Assembly: GCA_015493225.1 (NCBI GenBank)
Contig: WGDO01000031.1
Location: 1,355-65,354 of the forward strand
Direction of reading: 5' to 3'
DNA length: 64,000 nucleotides
Source of the DNA: Patescibacteria group bacterium
GTDB taxonomy: Bacteria > Patescibacteriota > Minisyncoccia > Moranbacterales > DUUL01
The translations under genes and the position numbers were made by a program. The first letter of the stretch is position 1; every line of letters begins with the position of its first letter. Below, piece by piece: positions 19,070-27,979 of this stretch. The notes below the pieces were generated by a model. It worked only from the letters and a program-made list of their open reading frames with translations, made no database searches and had not been told where the DNA came from.

Positions 19070-21445
19070 ATGAAAAATATTAACAAAATTTTTAAGAATA
19101 AATTTTTGGTTGGATTGGGTGTGATGGTGTTTTTGGTATTGGTGATGAGGTTGTGGTCATTTGGTAATTTGTTGACTTTTAAGATGGATCAGGCGAGGGA
19201 TATTAAATTAATTGAGGAGGCCTATGATGGAGGGGTTGGTGAATTACCTTTATTGGGTCCGCGGGCGGCGAAAACTTATTTGCGACTTGGTCCGATTTTT
19301 TATTATTTTGAATATGGGGCGATGTTGATTTTTGGAGATCAACCTTGGTCGGTGGCGGTGCCGGACTTGATTTTTTCTATCTTGGCTATTCCCTTATTTT
19401 ATTATTTTTTGCGACAAGCTTTTAGTCGCAAGGTGAGTTTTTTGACGACGATAGTTTTTGCTTCGTCGTTTTTTCTTAATCAATACGGGCGATTTGCTTG
19501 GAATCCGAATTCCATTCCGTTTTGGAGTTTGTTGTATTTTTTGGGGATATATAAGGTAGTCAATCCCACTTCGCTGAAGCTTCGAGGGATAAAAAGTCAA
19601 AAGTCCATAAAATCTGTAAAGTCTATAAAGCCAAAAGTCGAAAGTTTACCCCGTCGAATGACTTTGGGTCGAAAGTCAGATGTTAATGTTTTTAATAGTA
19701 AAGGCAGTGATTTAAAAACCCCCCAAAATTTTCGTTCCTCAAATTTTAACCCCCTTTATACAGGGGGTGGTAAATGGTGGTTGTTGGTGGCGGTGATAGG
19801 TTATGGGGTGGCTAGTCAGTTGCATTTTACGGCAATGTTGGCATATCCTCTGATTGGGGGATTATTTGTATTGGTGATTGCGTTTTGGGAAAGTTGGAAA
19901 GAGGGTAATTCAAGAGAAAATAAAAATATATCAAAAAACAAAAAAATATTGTCAATTGACTACTTGACTATACGGGGTTTGAGGAGGTTTGTTTGGAGAT
20001 TGGGACAAGGAATTTCCTGGAAATATTGGTTGGGAGCGGTGATGATTTTGGGAGTGATGTATTTACCGATGGTTTTGAGTGAAATTTACACTCATGGAGA
20101 TAATTGGGTTCAGTTTAAGTATGCTTTGAGCGGGAGAGGGAAGCCTGAATTTTCTTTGTATGCGAAAATTATTCAGTCGGTGAAATTGCATAGTGAATAT
20201 TTTTGGTTTAGTTTAACGTCTTGGGGTGGAGGAGCAGGAACTGTTGGTTTGATTGGTTTTTTTGGTGTAGTGATTGGTGCTATATTTAGTGTATGGAAAA
20301 AATTTCAAGATACAAAATACAAGGTACAAACAAATTCCAAGATACAAGATACAAGGTACAAACAAATGACAAATGACAAATTACAAATGATAAATGATGG
20401 TGAGGAAATGACAAATGATATTGGTGTAAATAAAACAGAAAAACCCCCCAAAGTTTCTCGTGATCTCGAAACTTCCCCACTTCGTCAAAATGACTTCAAG
20501 GGGCAGGCGCCAGGGGTGGATGACAGAGTAATATTTTTTGTTTTGGTTGGTGTTTGGTGGATGGTGATGTTTTTGTTGTATACGAAGTTGGCGTTTAATG
20601 TGTTGAAACCGAGATATTGGTTATTGGAGGCGCCAATTTTTTTTGTGGTGTTGGCGGTTTTTTTGGAGGGGTTGTTTAGAAATGGGCTTAAGAAGATTAA
20701 GGGGAAATATGTTACTTATTTAGTGGTGATCGTTTTAGTAGGGATGAATTTGTGGGCGACGGGGAATTGGTATTGGGAATTGAAGAACCAAAAAGATAGT
20801 TCGTTGCCACTATGGCATTTGAAATTAAAAGACCAAAATAAAATTCCTTGGGGGCAATTGCAAAAAAGTGCAAATTATATTGAAAATTTATCTAAACAGA
20901 CGGATAAGGAGGTTTGTTTTTATACGACAGGAGAATATCGTCCGGTTTATGATTATATTTTTAAGCAACGGGGATTGAGTGAAAAAATTAGACGAATATC
21001 TTTTAGTAAGGATACAAATGATAATTGTTTGTTTATAGCCATTGATCATCATCAGCATAGAGAAACTCCGAGAATTCCAAAAGATCATAAAAATGAGTTT
21101 GAGAAAGTAGAGAAGAGGGAGGTTGGGTTTGTGACAATATGGCAAGTTAAAAAAAGAATACAAGAAACAAGACACAAACAAATTCCAAGGTACAAGAAAC
21201 AAGACACAAACAAATTCCAAGGTACAAGAAACAAGATGCAAATAAATGACAAAGCACAAACAACAAATGACAAGTCGCAAATGACAAATGACAGTGGGGG
21301 AATGACAAATGACAAATTACAAATGACAAATAACAGGGAACAGGGAGCAGTGAATAAGGAGCAGGGAGTAGAGAATAATAAAAAGAAAAAAGTTAAAAAG
21401 CCGAGGAGGGTTGAGAGGGTAAGGTGGAAGGACTTATTTAATTAG
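19070..21445 (+). CDS. GT39/PMT_2 (ArnT-like) family membrane glycosyltransferase carrying multiple repeat-derived insertions.
   Basis: About 12 TM helices. The N-terminal region 'KMDQARDIKLIEEAYDGG...LGPIFYYF' is typical of dolichyl-phosphate-mannose/undecaprenyl-phosphate-dependent glycosyltransferases. Inserts are at 19561-19690, 19715-19785, 20300-20530 and 21160-21345. Confidence 0.5.
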   Translation: MKNINKIFKNKFLVGLGVMVFLVLVMRLWSFGNLLTFKMDQARDIKLIEEAYDGGVGELPLLGPRAAKTYLRLGPIFYYFEYGAMLIFGDQPWSVAVPDLIFSILAIPLFYYFLRQAFSRKVSFLTTIVFASSFFLNQYGRFAWNPNSIPFWSLLYFLGIYKVVNPTSLKLRGIKSQKSIKSVKSIKPKVESLPRRMTLGRKSDVNVFNSKGSDLKTPQNFRSSNFNPLYTGGGKWWLLVAVIGYGVASQLHFTAMLAYPLIGGLFVLVIAFWESWKEGNSRENKNISKNKKILSIDYLTIRGLRRFVWRLGQGISWKYWLGAVMILGVMYLPMVLSEIYTHGDNWVQFKYALSGRGKPEFSLYAKIIQSVKLHSEYFWFSLTSWGGGAGTVGLIGFFGVVIGAIFSVWKKFQDTKYKVQTNSKIQDTRYKQMTNDKLQMINDGEEMTNDIGVNKTEKPPKVSRDLETSPLRQNDFKGQAPGVDDRVIFFVLVGVWWMVMFLLYTKLAFNVLKPRYWLLEAPIFFVVLAVFLEGLFRNGLKKIKGKYVTYLVVIVLVGMNLWATGNWYWELKNQKDSSLPLWHLKLKDQNKIPWGQLQKSANYIENLSKQTDKEVCFYTTGEYRPVYDYIFKQRGLSEKIRRISFSKDTNDNCLFIAIDHHQHRETPRIPKDHKNEFEKVEKREVGFVTIWQVKKRIQETRHKQIPRYKKQDTNKFQGTRNKMQINDKAQTTNDKSQMTNDSGGMTNDKLQMTNNREQGAVNKEQGVENNKKKKVKKPRRVERVRWKDLFN

Positions 21446-21713
21446 AGATTGAGAATTAAAATATGTTTTGTTTGAATTTTCAATTTGAAATTTGAAATTT
21501 GAAATGAATTTGAATTTTTTTAATTTAGAAACTAATTTTTTGTTTGCAGTTTACAATTTATGATATGCTGATTATTATTTATTGTTTTAAGAACTTAAAC
21601 ATTAAAAATTTTTATCTTTCATTTAGGGATGACACTTAGAACTTAAGGTTCTTTTAAATCACTTGCTTTCCCATTTCTTAAAAGGGATTAAACAGGGGTT
21701 TTAAAGTAAAAAA

Positions 21714-21776
21714 TCGAAAAACCCCCAAAGTTTCTCGTGACCTCGAAACTTTAATCCCCTTTATACAGGAGGTATT
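21714..21776. repeat. Composite module 'gaaaaacccccaaagtttctcgtgacctcgaaactttaatcccctttatacaggaggt' (intergenic copy).
   Basis: Related copies are at 13691-13712, 19715-19785 and 20441-20500 (in frame in the GT39-like gene), 22853-22908, 25746-25802 and 47983-48036, and in reverse orientation at 55125-55185. Confidence 0.75.
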
Positions 21777-21852
21777 AAAAGTGCTTGAAAAATGGGGGGA
21801 GTTGGCGTACAATGAATATTGTAGAATTTGTTTTGGATTTTTCTGATACCCC

Positions 21853-21953
21853 GTCAAACCTTCCAGATGTTATTTTCTCCCTGATGTTTGACTTTTTACT
21901 GATTGAAAAATGTGTCAAACATGCGTTTGAAAATAACATCTAGAAAGCTTGAC
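21853..21953. repeat. ~100-nt asymmetric hairpin element, copy 3.
   Basis: Arms 'gtcaaaccttccagatgttattttctccctgatgtttgac' and 'gtcaaacatgcgtttgaaaataacatctagaaagcttgac'. It sits ~60 nt upstream of the 22013 gene. Confidence 0.8.
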
Positions 21954-22012
21954 TGATATTTATGGAGATAATCCTGAATTAATTAATGATTATTTTTTAA
22001 ATGTAATAAGTT

Positions 22013-22597
22013 ATGAGAAAAATAGATTATAACAAAATTACTAAAATTGATAGATTGTTGGAGAAAACTTTACTTAGGTTTATTCCTTATTCGGTGACGC
22101 CAAATCAAGTAACTTATTTAAGATTTATTTTAACGCCGATAGTGGGATGGTTGTTTTACAAAGAAATTTATGACTGGGGTTTGATTTTGTTTTTGCTAAC
22201 AATGTTAACGGATGCTATTGATGGGGCGATGGCCCGAACCAGGGACCAAATTACTGATTGGGGAAAAATTATTGATCCCTTGGCAGATAAATTGGCAGTG
22301 GGAACGGTGGCAGTTTTGCTAATCATTCGTTTTTTAAATGTGCAAATTGCCGGATTAATTATTATTATTGATATTTTAATAATGTTGGTGGGTGGATATA
22401 ATAAATATATTTTAAAAAGAGGAATTCAGGCAGAAATATTTGGAAAGATGAAGTTGATTACGCAGGTAGTCGGGATAGCTGTTTTATTATTGTATATTTT
22501 ATTGTCCTGGGGTTGGTTGTTGGTGTTGGCTAAATATATTCTATATTTAGCAATTGGGTTGGCGGTGATTAGTTTGTCGAGACCACATTCCATATAA
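22013..22597 (+). CDS. CDP-alcohol phosphatidyltransferase family protein.
   Basis: The 'DAIDGAMARTRDQITDWGKIIDPLADK' motif matches D-G-x2-A-R-x8-G-x3-D-x3-D. Confidence 0.8.
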   Translation: MRKIDYNKITKIDRLLEKTLLRFIPYSVTPNQVTYLRFILTPIVGWLFYKEIYDWGLILFLLTMLTDAIDGAMARTRDQITDWGKIIDPLADKLAVGTVAVLLIIRFLNVQIAGLIIIIDILIMLVGGYNKYILKRGIQAEIFGKMKLITQVVGIAVLLLYILLSWGWLLVLAKYILYLAIGLAVISLSRPHSI

Positions 22598-22852
22598 GTT
22601 AGCTTGCAATTTACAGTTTATGGTTTGTAGATGAGCGCATGGTTTATAATTAGCAGTGATTAAATTTAAAATTTAAAATTTTAAGTTCTAAATGAATAAT
22701 TAATTATGAATTTTGAATTTTTATTTAAACTTTTTATTTCTCATTAAAAATAACGACTTTTTCTTTTAGAATAGAATCTGTTATTATATATTTAATATTA
22801 AAGACTAATCATCTAAAACTCATTTAAAGTTTAAGACTTGAAAGCTGAACTG

Positions 22853-22908
22853 AAAAACCCCCAAAAATTATCGTTCCTCGAATTTTGACCCCCTTTACAC
22901 AGGGGATG
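22853..22908. repeat. Composite module 'aaaaacccccaaaaattatcgttcctcgaattttgaccccctttacacagggg'.
   Basis: Same family as 21714-21776; read directly. Confidence 0.75.
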
Positions 22909-22940
22909 TCCGAAGGGAGCTATTAGATAAATTAAATTAA

Positions 22941-23852
22941 ATGCCGAAGATAAATACACATCTTGATTTTGCTAATGAAGTGATTCAAAATATAGAGTCA
23001 TCAAAGTTGGCGGAAATTAATTCAAATAATAAAAGAGAGTTTTTAATCGGGAGTATTTTCCCTGATATTTTTTTCTATAGGATAAATAAGCGGTTATTTA
23101 AAATGTCCGAATATATTCATGGTAAAGAAGGAAACAAAACTAATGAATTGTTATTTGATATTTTAAATGTGGCCAAAGAAAAGCAAGATGAAAAATTATT
23201 AGCTTTTGTATTTGGTTTTGTAACACATATGGTTTTGGATATGAAATTACATCCATTGATTTATTATTTAGCCGGAAATTATTATGATGAAAACAAGGAG
23301 AGGCAAAGTGAGGCGGTTTATCAGCATATTAAATTAGAAACGATGTTGGACAAATCAATCGCTGGAAAAAATAATATTAATAGTCAACTTAAATCAGTAA
23401 AATTTCTAAAAATATTAAATGATGTTTTAAGTCAAAAAGAAATTTATTTTAAAGATATTCAAATTTCAAATAAAATAATTTTATTTATAGATAGTAAATT
23501 TTTGCCAAGAAGGAGTGTACATGGATTGGCTAGGATATTGGTAAAAATTAAATTATTAGATAGAAAATATTTGGGGTTATTTTATAATGAGGTAAAAAAT
23601 GAAAAGATTGATTTGGATAAGATGATGCAATATAGGGATTTAATTAATGGAGAGCAGAAAAAGGCTAGTTTTAATATTCTGTTGCAAGAAGCTTTGGAGG
23701 AGGTTATACTGAGAATAGAAATGGCATATAAATATTACAATGGCGAGACTAGTTTGAAGGAGGCAAAAAAGATTATAAAAGGGGAAAATTTAAGTGTTGG
23801 GAAAGAGGGGGTGGCGAGCTATGCTATAAAATATACAAAAGATAAAAAATGA
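22941..23852 (+). CDS. Hypothetical protein with weak similarity to the N-terminus of zinc-dependent phospholipase C/DUF4184.
   Basis: 303-aa ORF. Only the N-terminal 'HLDFANEV...GSIFPDIFFY' segment is suggestive. Confidence 0.3.
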   Translation: MPKINTHLDFANEVIQNIESSKLAEINSNNKREFLIGSIFPDIFFYRINKRLFKMSEYIHGKEGNKTNELLFDILNVAKEKQDEKLLAFVFGFVTHMVLDMKLHPLIYYLAGNYYDENKERQSEAVYQHIKLETMLDKSIAGKNNINSQLKSVKFLKILNDVLSQKEIYFKDIQISNKIILFIDSKFLPRRSVHGLARILVKIKLLDRKYLGLFYNEVKNEKIDLDKMMQYRDLINGEQKKASFNILLQEALEEVILRIEMAYKYYNGETSLKEAKKIIKGENLSVGKEGVASYAIKYTKDKK

Positions 23853-24700
23853 AAATATTAACAAAAATTAGAAAAAGATTTTTGGTGACTGTGGAGGATG
23901 TTAAAAAATATTCTTCAGTTTCTAAGGAGTTGATAGATGATGAAAAAATATTGAACAAGGGATTTTTTTTGCAAGGGAGTAATGGGCAGGCAGTTATTTT
24001 GATGCATGGTTGGTCTTCAACTCCTTATACCATTCGAAAACTAGGTGAATATTTACATCAACAGGGTTATACGGTTATTGGTCCGAGATTAACTGGACAT
24101 GGTACAAAACCAGAAGATTTGCAGGGGGTAAAGTGGCAGGAGTGGCTAGATGATGTTGAAAAAGTTTACAAGGGAATTGTTGGAAAATATAATAAAATTT
24201 TTGTGGTTGGAACTTCTCTCGGTGGAAATTTGGCAATTTTGTTAGCGAGTAAGTTTCCACAAATTTCAGGTTTGGTTTTATTGGCAACGCCATATAAACC
24301 TAAGTCTAGAATAAAAACATATGTTTTTATATTTTTGGCAAAGGTATTTAGGATAAAATTATTACCAAAATATTATCCGGCTAGTATAAAAAGTTTAGGT
24401 ACGGCTATTACACCAATGGTTTCTTATCAAAAATACCCTGGGAGTAGTGTAGTGGAGTCTATGAAATGTATTTTAGTTTCTCGAAAAAAGATAGGAGCAA
24501 TAAAACAACCTTGTTTAATTATTCAATCAAGTGATGACCATATGATTTTATCAGAAAGTGCTGATAAAATTTATGAGGAAATTTCCTCAAAGGTAAAAGA
24601 AAAAAAATATTTGCAGAACACTTATCATTCTTTTATATCAGATGTGAATAGTCGATATGTTTTTAAGGACATTTATAATTTTTTGAAAGTCAATGGTTAA
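23849..24700 (+). CDS. Alpha/beta-hydrolase (carboxylesterase-like), paralog 1.
   Basis: 'VILMHGWSSTP', the 'GTSLGGNLA' nucleophile elbow (GxSxG), and the C-terminal Asp/His region. It overlaps the next gene by 8 nt. Confidence 0.7.
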   Translation: MKILTKIRKRFLVTVEDVKKYSSVSKELIDDEKILNKGFFLQGSNGQAVILMHGWSSTPYTIRKLGEYLHQQGYTVIGPRLTGHGTKPEDLQGVKWQEWLDDVEKVYKGIVGKYNKIFVVGTSLGGNLAILLASKFPQISGLVLLATPYKPKSRIKTYVFIFLAKVFRIKLLPKYYPASIKSLGTAITPMVSYQKYPGSSVVESMKCILVSRKKIGAIKQPCLIIQSSDDHMILSESADKIYEEISSKVKEKKYLQNTYHSFISDVNSRYVFKDIYNFLKVNG

Positions 24701-25487
24701 TTATCGGAAAAAATTTAAAATTACAAAAGAAGTGGCGGAAGCTTGGGAACAAGAGTCTATTTTTTTGGCTGGGCAAAATGATGTTTTGATTATTTTAGTG
24801 CATGGTTGGTCTTTAACACCACGGCAAATGTTAGGCTTGGCGAAACATTTAAACAAAAAAGGTTATTCAGTAAGCTTGCCTCGGTTATTAGGACATGGAA
24901 CTAAACCGGAGGATTTGGAACAAACGAAATGGCGAGATTGGGTTGGGGCTTTGGTGAAAGAAATTAGAAAACAAAAGCAAAAAAATAAATTTAGGAAAAT
25001 TATAATTGGGGGGACATCAATGGGTGGTAATGTTTGTTTATTGGCTAGTTTAGTAGCGCGGGTTGATGGACTTGTTTTGATTGGTGTTCCGGTGCATTTT
25101 AAAAATCATTTTTTTATTAAACTTGGTTCTATTGCAGTTCCATTTTTTAGAAAATATGTTAAGAAAATTCATCCCCAAAAGATAAAGTTTAATCCAAAAG
25201 ATAGTTATCAATATTTTCCGATGAAAAATTCTAGACAAGTTTTATATTTGGTACGAAATTCTGTTTTTTCCCTTAAAAAAGTGACAGCGCCACTTTTAGT
25301 TTTACAAACCAGAAAAGATTTTTTTGTGACGAAGTATTCACCATGGATTATTTATAAAAATGTATCTTCTAGAATCAAGAAAATGCAATGGTTGGAGACT
25401 GAGTCGGAAAATCATGTGCCCCAGGGAGAAGAAGTTGGGAGAATGGCGAAGTTTGTGGAGGAGTTTGTGGAAGATGTTTGTTTTTGA
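24693..25487 (+). CDS. Alpha/beta-hydrolase, paralog 2 (tandem duplicate).
   Basis: 'LIILVHGWSLTP', 'GTSMGGNV' and the shared 'GHGTKPEDL' motif with paralog 1. Confidence 0.7.
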   Translation: MVNYRKKFKITKEVAEAWEQESIFLAGQNDVLIILVHGWSLTPRQMLGLAKHLNKKGYSVSLPRLLGHGTKPEDLEQTKWRDWVGALVKEIRKQKQKNKFRKIIIGGTSMGGNVCLLASLVARVDGLVLIGVPVHFKNHFFIKLGSIAVPFFRKYVKKIHPQKIKFNPKDSYQYFPMKNSRQVLYLVRNSVFSLKKVTAPLLVLQTRKDFFVTKYSPWIIYKNVSSRIKKMQWLETESENHVPQGEEVGRMAKFVEEFVEDVCF

Positions 25488-25539
25488 TACTACGAATCTA
25501 CAAATCTATTACGAATTTACAAATGTACGAATTGTGATT

Positions 25540-25745
25540 TTTAAATCCTAATTTCTAAAGCCTAAACCCTAAACAATACTAAATTTCAAAATTCAAATGT
25601 TTCAAACAAGAGATATTACAGTTTTGAATTTTAGAATTAAATAATTTGAATTTGTTTAGAATTTAGAAATTAGGATTTAGTATTTTAATCAAAATTCAAA
25701 ATTTAAAATTCATTTAGAACTTAAAATTTAAAACTTAAAATTCTT
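25540..25745. repeat. AT-rich 'aattttaaatttta / ttgaattttagaatt' satellite (representative of at least 14 intergenic occurrences).
   Basis: Similar tracts lie at 21470-21520, 22660-22700, 34020-34040, 35650-35820, 37200-37260, 39730-39900, 42490-42600, 44910-44970, 48690-48880, 52300-52490, 53480-53640, 54420-54520 and 59170-59215. Confidence 0.7.
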
Positions 25746-25802
25746 AAAAACCCCCCAAAATTTTCGTTCCTCAAATTTTGACCCTCTTTACACAGGGGGT
25801 AG
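25746..25802. repeat. Composite module 'aaaaccccccaaaattttcgttcctcaaattttgaccctctttacacagggggt'.
   Basis: Same family. It lies at the 3' side of recG (minus strand), after a long AT satellite at 25540-25745. Confidence 0.75.
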
Positions 25803-25820
25803 TCAAGGAAAATTCACTGT

Positions 25821-27968
25821 CTACTCATTATGAATAAGTGCATCAAGTTTTTCCAGTTCTGCTTTGAGGGCTGGGAGTTTTTTTAATTTTGGGTCGAATT
25901 CCAGGACTCTTTGGGCCTCCTGGCGGGCCTGTTGAATGGTTTTAACATCGGAGAGAGACTCCATGGCAATGTCTGGGATTCCGGATTGGGCAGTACCCAT
26001 AAATTGTCCTGGTCCACGAAGTTTAAGATCGGCTTCGGATATTTTAAAGCCATCGTTAGTTTTTTCCAGAACCCTAAGACGGGCGGTGGTGTTGGCAACA
26101 TTGTCGGAAGTAAATAGAAAACAATAGGATTGATGTTTACCTCGGCCAACTCGTCCTCGAAATTGATGAAGTTGAGCCAAGCCAAATCTTTCGGCTCCTT
26201 CAATAATCATAATAGTGGCGTTGGGAATATCTACGCCAACTTCTACGACGGAGGTGGATACCAGAATGTCCAATTTTTTGTTTTTGAAATTTTGCATTAT
26301 TTTATTTTTTTCGGCTGGTTTCATTTTACCGTGCAAAAGTCCTAGTTTAAATTCTGGGAAAATTTCTTTTTGTAGTCGCTGGTGTTCTTCGGTGGCGGCT
26401 TTTACTTCTGATATTTTGGAAGTTTCAGTTACTAGGGGAAAAATTATAAAAACCTGACGACCTTGTTGGACGGATTGTTTGATGAATTGATAAATTTGGA
26501 CTCTGCCTTGCGGTTTAATTACTTTGGTAATAATTTTCTTTCGGCCGGCGGGGAATTCATCAATAATGGATAGGTCTAGATTTCCGAAGGCGGCTAGGGA
26601 TAAGGTACGGGGAATGGGTGTGGCAGTCATACTGAGTAGATGAGGTATTTCTTTTTTTTCTTTTTCTTTTTGAAGAGTTTCTTGTTGCAAATGGGCTCGT
26701 TGACGAACACCAAAGCGATGTTGTTCGTCAATAATTATTAAGCCGAGATTTTTAAAAATAACATCTTTTTGAATAATAGCATGGGTACCAATGAGTAAAT
26801 CTATTTTCCCCTGGGCTAATTTTTCTAGTAATTTTTTACGGGTGATTTTTTTACTTGGTTGATTGGCTGGAGCGCAGTGTACTTCGGAGCGGGTAAGAAT
26901 AGCAATGGTAAAATCAAGTTTACGGAAAAACTTTCTAAGGCCTTTGTAATGTTGTACTGCTAAAACTTCGGTGGGAGTCAGAAGGGCTGCTTGGTAAAGC
27001 TGATTTACAACGGAAAGAGTCGCAATGGCAGAAACAACTGTTTTTCCTGTTCCAACATCTCCTTCCAAGAGGCGATTCATCGGTTGAGGTTTTTCTAAAT
27101 CTTTAATAATTTGCCAGGTACATTTTTTTTGGGAGTTGGTCAGGGTAAAGGGAAGAGATTTTACGAATGCTTTGATAAAATCTTCGTTAAAGGGAATTGG
27201 TGGCGCTGATTTTTGTTGCCAATCTTTTTTTAATAAAAGAGTTTTTAATTGAATAAGGAATATTTTTTCAAAAGCAAATCGTTTTTTAGCCAGTTCTGCT
27301 TCTTCTTGATTGCGGGGAAAATGAATGTGTTGCAGGGCCGTGGGTAGGTCGATTAAATTTTGTGATTCCAAAATGTCATTGGGAATAAAATCATTAATTT
27401 CTACTTGGGGCAAGAGGTCTTTCATAATACGACGAAACCAAAAACTTTTTAGGCCAGCTGTTTCGTGATAAACTGGCGCCATGATGCCAGTGTTGTAGCT
27501 GTCATCATCATCTACTTGAATAATTGTTTCTTCTTGTTCTCGTTGAAGGGCGCTAACGGGGATGAACTCAAAATTGGGGTGGGAAAAAAAGGCTTCTTGT
27601 TTTTTATCAACGGAAATTTTTCCACTAAGACGAATAGCTTTACCTTCTCGGAGATAGCGAAGGGGGGCAGGAGTGTTAAACCAGGTGGCTTTGATATTGC
27701 CGGTGTCGTCTTCGATATAGGCTTCGGTAATAGTCATTCGTCGTTTCCAGGCTTGGGAAGTTTTGACATTGGTGACTCGTCCTTGAACGGTGATGGTTTC
27801 ACCAATGCGGATTTGGTCTATTTTTTTAAATTCGGAAAAATCGTCATAGCGATGAGGCAAATGATACAAAAAATCACCGACAGTTTTAATGCCGAGATTT
27901 TCCAGCTTAGTTAAATATTTTTTGCCGACGCCGTTGACCACATCGATTGGTTCGTTCATTTTTAGCAT
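25821..27968 (-). CDS. recG: ATP-dependent DNA helicase RecG.
   Basis: Walker A 'GDVGTGKT', 'DEQHRFG', 'TATPIPRTL' and 'FRGRVGRG', plus a wedge-domain N-terminus. Confidence 0.9.
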   Translation of the reverse strand: MLKMNEPIDVVNGVGKKYLTKLENLGIKTVGDFLYHLPHRYDDFSEFKKIDQIRIGETITVQGRVTNVKTSQAWKRRMTITEAYIEDDTGNIKATWFNTPAPLRYLREGKAIRLSGKISVDKKQEAFFSHPNFEFIPVSALQREQEETIIQVDDDDSYNTGIMAPVYHETAGLKSFWFRRIMKDLLPQVEINDFIPNDILESQNLIDLPTALQHIHFPRNQEEAELAKKRFAFEKIFLIQLKTLLLKKDWQQKSAPPIPFNEDFIKAFVKSLPFTLTNSQKKCTWQIIKDLEKPQPMNRLLEGDVGTGKTVVSAIATLSVVNQLYQAALLTPTEVLAVQHYKGLRKFFRKLDFTIAILTRSEVHCAPANQPSKKITRKKLLEKLAQGKIDLLIGTHAIIQKDVIFKNLGLIIIDEQHRFGVRQRAHLQQETLQKEKEKKEIPHLLSMTATPIPRTLSLAAFGNLDLSIIDEFPAGRKKIITKVIKPQGRVQIYQFIKQSVQQGRQVFIIFPLVTETSKISEVKAATEEHQRLQKEIFPEFKLGLLHGKMKPAEKNKIMQNFKNKKLDILVSTSVVEVGVDIPNATIMIIEGAERFGLAQLHQFRGRVGRGKHQSYCFLFTSDNVANTTARLRVLEKTNDGFKISEADLKLRGPGQFMGTAQSGIPDIAMESLSDVKTIQQARQEAQRVLEFDPKLKKLPALKAELEKLDALIHNE

Positions 27969-27979
27969 AATAGAGTTTT

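Noticed and set aside
25540-25745. Regularly spaced short repeats in intergenic regions as a possible CRISPR array
   Set aside because: The repeats are AT-rich 5-7-nt satellite units ('aattttaaatttta') without 25-40-nt conserved direct repeats or unique spacers of uniform length. No cas genes are nearby.
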